From the NCBI GenBank assembly GCA_963753595.1, contig CAVWCX010000036.1:1-64000 (forward strand): DNA of 64,000 nt, in the 5' to 3' direction. This DNA is from Candidatus Methanoperedenaceae archaeon. GTDB taxonomy: Archaea; Halobacteriota; Methanosarcinia; Methanosarcinales; Methanoperedenaceae. A program made the position numbers and the translations under genes. Of this stretch, positions 58,520 to 64,000 are shown in pieces; the first letter of the stretch is position 1, and the number at the start of each line of letters is the position of its first letter. Below the pieces are notes generated by a model, which made no database searches, had not been told where the DNA came from, and saw only the letters and a list, made by a program, of their open reading frames with translations.

Positions 58520-60565
58520 TCAGCCGCCGCTTCCTACATATATCAATGCGATCACAAGCGTGATAAGGATATACAGCAGGTAAGTCTGGATATATCCGGT
58601 CTGTATTATCCTCATAAATCTTGATAATGTTACTACCACCCAGGTCACGGGATCATAAAGGTACTTTTCGAATATTGGCTCAATTTCAGATTCGAATATC
58701 ACTTTCTCTTTAAAGAAAGGTGAATCCGAATACATTGTCTGTATTTCCCTGTGAGATCTGAAGATCCCCCCGAACCACATGCGTATCGGCTTTGAAAATG
58801 CTGTTGCAGTATATTCATTTCTTCCAGTTGAAACGGGCTGCCCGCAACCCCATGTTTCATATATTGGTGCTGGTGTCTGGCGGAAATAAAGATACATTAC
58901 GACAGGAAGCGGCAAAACCACAAATACAAGGATCGCGATCCATAGAGTCGATATGGTCGCTGGTGTTGAAGAAAAGGATGTGGAAACCGTAGCTATTGAA
59001 TAGTCAAAATTGATCCTGGAAAGTATACTTACGCCTACAAGTGATGCGGATATTGAATCAATGATTTTGATGAAATAAAATGGCAAAACACCAAGGACAA
59101 TGCACATCATAGAAAGAAGGAACATCCCGATCAGCATGGAAACCGGTACTTCTTTTGAATGTTCTGCATGACTGCTTCGGGGAAGCGCAAGGAAACTGAT
59201 GCCGAAAGCTTTTACAAAACAGGCCGCGGCAAGAGCGCTTGTAAGAGCAAGAGCTGCACCGCTGAAAAGCACCAGGATCTTAGTAATATTATCTGAAAGA
59301 GTAATACTTAGCAATTGAGCCTGGAATGTCAGCCATTCACTCACAAAACCATTAAATGGAGGAAGTGCCGAGATAGATATTGCACCTATTAAGAAAAAGA
59401 GCGCTGTCCATGGCATTTTCTTTATCAGTCCCCCGTATTCCTCAATGTTCCTTGTGTGGGTTGAATATACTATTGAACCTGCTCCCATGAACAGCAATGA
59501 TTTAAAAACTGCGTGGTTTATCGTATGATAAAGGCCTGCTATTAATCCAAATGCTGCAAGGTCAGGATGCCCCGAAGCCATAAAGATCATTGCAACTCCA
59601 ACACCTATCAGGATAATTCCTATGTTTTCAACACTGTGATACGCAAGCAAGCGTTTCATATCATGTTCCATGAGGGCGTACATTACACCAAGAAGTGCGG
59701 AAATTGTGGCTATTATCAGCACAATAATACCCCACCAGGCAACGCCTGCGCCAAGGAAATCAAAAAAGACACGGATCAGCATGAAAATTGCAGTTTTTAT
59801 CATTACTCCAGACATGAGTGCGGATACGTTACTCGGTGCGGCAGGATGTGCATATGGCAGCCATATATGGAGAGGAACGATTCCTGCTTTTGTGCCAAAA
59901 CCGATAAGAGCAAAAAGGAAAACCATGTCCTTAAGGTAGGGGGCCATACTGCCGCCTATCCCGCGGAATGTTTCAAAATTAAAACTGCCTGTTGAACCTG
60001 CAAGGATAAGGAACGATAAAATTATGAAGCCTGTGCCAATATGGGTCATCACGATATAAATAAAACCGGCTTTTCTTGTTTCTTTTTTTTCGTGTTCATA
60101 CATAACAAGCAAATAGGAAATTATTGACATCAATTCCCAGACTATTAGGAACATGACCGCATTGTTTGCAGAAACAACGAGGACCATTGAAATGATGAAC
60201 ATATTATACAGGAATCCCAGGTAACCGATGTTCTTTTTTCCGAAATATTCGGTAACATATCCTGTTGAATAGATCGAAACTGCAAATGCTGTTATTGATA
60301 TGATAAGAATAAAGAATGCTGATAATTTATCAACATAAAAGCCATAACTCAGCAGCGTTCCGCCTTGCGACATGTAATTGAAGGTATTACCAAACAGCAC
60401 GGAAAATGAAAAAATAATTCCTAAAATCGATGCGATGGCTGCACTGAAAAATGAAGCATATGTACACAAGCGATTTTTTTTATTGAATATCAGGGCAGAT
60501 ACAGCCCCGATCAAGTATATTGCAATACTTCCTAAAAACAAATAGGAGTTCATATTGTCCGCCAT
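58520..60565 (-). CDS. hyfB: HyfB-like antiporter-type membrane subunit (hydrogenase-4/Ehr family)
   Basis: WELMS, KAGIVPLH.WLP.AHPAAPS, KRLLAYHSVENIG, PPFNGFVSEW, TWGCG...EYTA..FS.P. Confidence 0.88.
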   Translation of the reverse strand: MADNMNSYLFLGSIAIYLIGAVSALIFNKKNRLCTYASFFSAAIASILGIIFSFSVLFGNTFNYMSQGGTLLSYGFYVDKLSAFFILIISITAFAVSIYSTGYVTEYFGKKNIGYLGFLYNMFIISMVLVVSANNAVMFLIVWELMSIISYLLVMYEHEKKETRKAGFIYIVMTHIGTGFIILSFLILAGSTGSFNFETFRGIGGSMAPYLKDMVFLFALIGFGTKAGIVPLHIWLPYAHPAAPSNVSALMSGVMIKTAIFMLIRVFFDFLGAGVAWWGIIVLIIATISALLGVMYALMEHDMKRLLAYHSVENIGIILIGVGVAMIFMASGHPDLAAFGLIAGLYHTINHAVFKSLLFMGAGSIVYSTHTRNIEEYGGLIKKMPWTALFFLIGAISISALPPFNGFVSEWLTFQAQLLSITLSDNITKILVLFSGAALALTSALAAACFVKAFGISFLALPRSSHAEHSKEVPVSMLIGMFLLSMMCIVLGVLPFYFIKIIDSISASLVGVSILSRINFDYSIATVSTSFSSTPATISTLWIAILVFVVLPLPVVMYLYFRQTPAPIYETWGCGQPVSTGRNEYTATAFSKPIRMWFGGIFRSHREIQTMYSDSPFFKEKVIFESEIEPIFEKYLYDPVTWVVVTLSRFMRIIQTGYIQTYLLYILITLVIALIYVGSGG

Positions 60566-60627
60566 GAGATATATTTGCTAACGGTAAACTCATATTTAAT
60601 ATTTAAAGATTGTCAATTCATTTAATT

Positions 60628-61350
60628 CTAATTTTCATCGAATTCCAGCGCTTCACCAAGGGTGAAATTCCCTACATACAGGGCAGCTCCGATAACAATA
60701 CCTTTTGCTCCTGTCCCCTTAATTATTTCAATATCTGATAATGTGGTTATTCCACCCGATGCTATGACCGGGATTTCCAGCGCATCCACAAGTTCTTTTG
60801 TAGGTGCCGGGTTTACTCCCTGTAATAACCCTTCTGTATTAATATCTGTAAAAAGTATGCTTCCTGCCCCCAGTTTTTCAAATTTCCTGCCAAGCTCAAC
60901 GGCTGAAAAAGCAGATTGTTCAGCCCAGCCATGTGTAGTAACCCTGCCATTTTTTGAATCAAGGGCAACCATTATCCTGTCGCTTCCGAATTCATCTGCG
61001 AGTTCTTTGACCAGGGAAGGTTGCTTTATTGCGGCGGTACCCAGGATTATCCTGTCCAGGCCCAGTGAAAGAAGTTCCTGCGCATCTTTTTTTGACCTTA
61101 TTCCACCGCCTGCCTGCGTTTCAATCCTGGAAAATTTTATTATGGATTCAATTATTGGACTGTTTAAACGGTTTCCTTCGATGGCGCCGTCAAGATCAAT
61201 GAGATGAATTATCCTTGCGCCACCCTTTATCCAGCGCAGGGCGACATCTAAAGGATTGTCAATTGATACTCTCTCCGTACCTGGAATACCCTGGATAAGT
61301 GAAACGCATTTCCTGTTTTTTATATCGATCGCCGGGATTACTCTGAACAT
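60628..61350 (-). CDS. hisA: ProFAR isomerase HisA
   Basis: IPAIDI, HLIDLDGA, GGGIRS, FTDI..EG.L.G, ASGG. Confidence 0.95.
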   Translation of the reverse strand: MFRVIPAIDIKNRKCVSLIQGIPGTERVSIDNPLDVALRWIKGGARIIHLIDLDGAIEGNRLNSPIIESIIKFSRIETQAGGGIRSKKDAQELLSLGLDRIILGTAAIKQPSLVKELADEFGSDRIMVALDSKNGRVTTHGWAEQSAFSAVELGRKFEKLGAGSILFTDINTEGLLQGVNPAPTKELVDALEIPVIASGGITTLSDIEIIKGTGAKGIVIGAALYVGNFTLGEALEFDEN

Positions 61351-61556
61351 TTGACCACAATTTTTTTATGACAAAAGGGTGCAGTCTGAAATAACAGTTT
61401 CCATTCCATTAAAAGAAATTTCACACAGTTATGATTTGCAGAGTTTATTTTGAATGTTTGATACATAAGATATAAATGCTATGCAAAAGTATTAGGGCTG
61501 CCCAAATGTGAGGGCTGCGCCGGAAAATTCCGGGGCTAAAGCCACAGGAGGAAAAT

Positions 61557-62276
61557 ATGGCTAAAAAAGAAGAAACAAAAGAAGTAAAAGAAACCAAGAA
61601 AGAAGCTCCTAAGAAAGAGGCTCCCAAGCAGGAAGCTGTTCCCCAGGAAGCGAAGAAAGAGAAGAAACAGGATAAGAAACACGAGGGAAAAGGGGAAGGG
61701 AAAGAGCACGAAAAGAAAGATCGTAAAGGTGCCCCAAAAGAAGGAAAGAAAGAAGCTCCTAAAGGCAAAGAAGCAGGCCCTGAGATCAAACATTTTGTCC
61801 GTATCGCAAATACTGACCTTGATGGCAAAAAAAGCGTCCAGTATGGACTTATAGGAATAAAAGGTATAGGCAGACGCGCGGCAAAAATCTTAACCGTTAA
61901 TTCGGCTGTTGACCCGAAAGCAATATTGGGTTATGTTTCCGATGCGGAAACAGAGAGATTACAATCATCAGTAGAAAATATATCGACCATTCTCCCGACA
62001 TGGATGGTAAATAAACAAAACGATATTATGTCCGGTGAAGACAAGCACCTTATCGGGACAGATGTATTATTGGGTCTTAATGAAGATTTGAACACAATGA
62101 AAAAAATGCGTTCGTATAAAGGATTAAGACATGAACGAGGTCTAAGAGTACGGGGCCAGCGCTCAAGATCCACTGGCAGAAGAGGAAGAACAGTAGGTGT
62201 ATCGCGTACAGCTCTTCAGGCCGCAAAACCCAAGGAAGCTGAAGCGAAAGAAGAGAAAAAAGGAGCTGGTAAATAA
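61557..62276 (+). CDS. rps13: 30S ribosomal protein uS13 with long K/E-rich N-terminal extension
   Basis: [35 protein letters not shown]; AGGAGG RBS upstream. Confidence 0.95.
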   Translation: MAKKEETKEVKETKKEAPKKEAPKQEAVPQEAKKEKKQDKKHEGKGEGKEHEKKDRKGAPKEGKKEAPKGKEAGPEIKHFVRIANTDLDGKKSVQYGLIGIKGIGRRAAKILTVNSAVDPKAILGYVSDAETERLQSSVENISTILPTWMVNKQNDIMSGEDKHLIGTDVLLGLNEDLNTMKKMRSYKGLRHERGLRVRGQRSRSTGRRGRTVGVSRTALQAAKPKEAEAKEEKKGAGK

Positions 62277-62878
62277 TGGGCTACCCGGGAAAAAACAGGA
62301 AATCATATAACACGCCAAAGCATCCGTGGCAGGCATCCAGGATCGAACCTGAAGTCGAACTTGTAAAAAGATATGGCCTCAGGAACAAGAGAGAAGTCTG
62401 GAAAGCTCATAGCGAACTTAAGAAATATAGGGAACTTGCCAGGAAACTGCTTGCTGAAAGCATAAAAGGAGAACTTAAGGGGCATGTGAAAACAGACGGG
62501 GAAAATATTCTCGCCCGCTTGAAAAGGTATGGTCTATTGAAGACTGATGCAGTGCTTGATGACATCCTTTCACTTGATGTAAATAATTTCCTTGAGAGAA
62601 GACTTCAGACGCAGGTGCACAAGCAGGGACTTGCCAATACACATAAACAGGCCAGGCAGTTCATTGTCCATGGCCACATTAGCGTTGCAGGACGAAAGAT
62701 CACCATACCTGGTTATATTGTACCAGCTAATGAGGAATTGTCAATCGGTTATTATATCGGTTCTGAATTATCGAAAGAATCTCATCCGTCAAGACCTGGA
62801 CAGGTAGTCAGGAACGTTGTGCAGGAAACAACAGTATCAGATGAAACAAAAAATGTACCCATGAGGGAGGCAAAATAA
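62276..62878 (+). CDS. rps4: 30S ribosomal protein uS4
   Basis: [33 protein letters not shown]. Confidence 0.97.
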   Translation: MGYPGKNRKSYNTPKHPWQASRIEPEVELVKRYGLRNKREVWKAHSELKKYRELARKLLAESIKGELKGHVKTDGENILARLKRYGLLKTDAVLDDILSLDVNNFLERRLQTQVHKQGLANTHKQARQFIVHGHISVAGRKITIPGYIVPANEELSIGYYIGSELSKESHPSRPGQVVRNVVQETTVSDETKNVPMREAK

Positions 62879-63259
62879 ATGGCAACTGAGAAATGGGCTG
62901 TAGCTCATATATATTCCTCGTTCAACAATACCCTGATAACGATCACTGATCTAACCGGGGCTGAAACGATAGCAAAAACAAGCGGCGGTATGGTTACAAA
63001 GGCTGCCAGGGAAGAGAGCTCCCCTTACACCGCCATGCAGATGGCTAACCAGATTGCTGATAAGATAAGAGACAAAGGAATAATGGGTATTCATATAAAA
63101 GTAAGAGCGCCTGGCGGCAACATGCAGAGGAGTCCCGGAGGCGGAGCGCAGGCTGCCATCAGGGCATTTGCACGTGCTGGAATAAAAATTGGCAGGATCG
63201 AGGATGTTACCCCGATACCTCATGACGGCACAAAACCTAAGAAGGGCAGGCGTGTGTAA
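62879..63259 (+). CDS. rps11: 30S ribosomal protein uS11
   Basis: [27 protein letters not shown]. Confidence 0.97.
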   Translation: MATEKWAVAHIYSSFNNTLITITDLTGAETIAKTSGGMVTKAAREESSPYTAMQMANQIADKIRDKGIMGIHIKVRAPGGNMQRSPGGGAQAAIRAFARAGIKIGRIEDVTPIPHDGTKPKKGRRV

Positions 63260-64000
63260 ATGGATATTGACATAATCGAATTATCCGAACGCAAGGCAAG
63301 GTTTGTTCTATCTGATGTTTCTGCATCATTTGCAAATGCTTTAAGAAGAAGTATCCTTGCGGAAGTTCCGGTAATGGCTATTGATGATGTTAATATCTAT
63401 GAAAATACTTCTGTATTGTTTGATGAACAGTTTGCCTTGAGATTAGGATTGATCCCGTTAAAAACAGATAATAAATCCTATGTGCTTCCCGAAGAATGTA
63501 ACTGCAAAGGCGCAGGCTGCACTTTATGCAAAGTATCATTGACCCTTAGCGCAGAAGGCCCGAAAGTCGTATATTCAGGCGACCTTGTTTCTTCTGATCC
63601 GGGGTTGGAACCGGCTGATAAAACCGTACCAATTGTGGAACTCAAGGATAAGCACAAAGTCGTAGTAGAAGCAATAGCGAGACTTGGAACAGGCAGGAAA
63701 CACAGTAAATGGCAGGCTGGTGTTGCGGCAGGATTTAAGAATATGCCTATTGTGACCATCGGAGAATGCGATTATTGCGGAAAATGCGTGGAAATCTGCC
63801 CGCGGAATATTCTGAAAATGGAAGGCGATAAGGTTAAGGTCGTTAACGTAATTGAGTGCTCCATGTGCCGGTTATGTGAAGAAACATGTGACATGAATTC
63901 AATTAAAGTGACCAGTAAACCGGATTCCTTTGTTTTGACGTTCGAAACAACAGGGGCTATGACCGCTACGGAAATCGCTCTTGAGGCGGCAGGTAGTATT
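63260..64000 (+). CDS. rpoD: RNA polymerase subunit D (Rpo3), truncated by window end; contains 2x[4Fe-4S] ferredoxin-like domain
   Basis: Hand translation MDIDIIELSERKARF...ANALRR...N.SVLFDE..A.RLGLIPL...HSKWQ...CDYCGKCVEICP...CSMCRLCEETC. Confidence 0.95.
   Translation, partial: MDIDIIELSERKARFVLSDVSASFANALRRSILAEVPVMAIDDVNIYENTSVLFDEQFALRLGLIPLKTDNKSYVLPEECNCKGAGCTLCKVSLTLSAEGPKVVYSGDLVSSDPGLEPADKTVPIVELKDKHKVVVEAIARLGTGRKHSKWQAGVAAGFKNMPIVTIGECDYCGKCVEICPRNILKMEGDKVKVVNVIECSMCRLCEETCDMNSIKVTSKPDSFVLTFETTGAMTATEIALEAAGSI

Noticed and set aside
61490-61550. tRNA gene upstream of rps13
   Set aside because: No cloverleaf or T-loop consensus; only short hairpins.

Overview
Archaeal chromosomal window from a Methanosarcinales-type organism. 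Ca. Methanoperedens/ANME-2d is my best guess, inferred from gene content and not verified. Housekeeping genes include archease-rtcB, thiC, a K+-independent H+-PPase, thyA, xseAB, a presenilin-type protease, pheA, ribK-ribB, thiL, tatC, hisD, an archaeal Ski2-like helicase, tyrS, tsr3, hdrCB, the por operon, hisA and rps13-rps4-rps11-rpoD. Four accessory components stand out. (1) A 1.9 kb cassette with no transposase, bounded by ~42 bp inverted repeats. (2) A ~20 kb cell-envelope island at 8-28 kb. Its core is a leaderless, probably autoregulated HTH/Cys-motif regulator followed by seven closely spaced, mostly stop/start-overlapping membrane proteins that are otherwise divergent but all carry the N-terminal tag E-x-I-R-K-x-M-G-W-C-P (DUF1673-like). 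The island also holds duplicated membrane regulator/partner pairs, PGF-CTERM proteins resembling stand-alone protease prodomains or inhibitors, and a 32 bp promoter motif present three times. (3) An intact ISAzo13 element that replaced the C-terminus of a NosD-ICMT fusion gene. (4) Four toxin-antitoxin pairs. I also found several unannotated small ORFs, including a 14 aa Lys-rich peptide with a full set of expression signals. I saw no tRNA, rRNA or CRISPR array. Family assignments come from motif recognition by eye, not from database searches.
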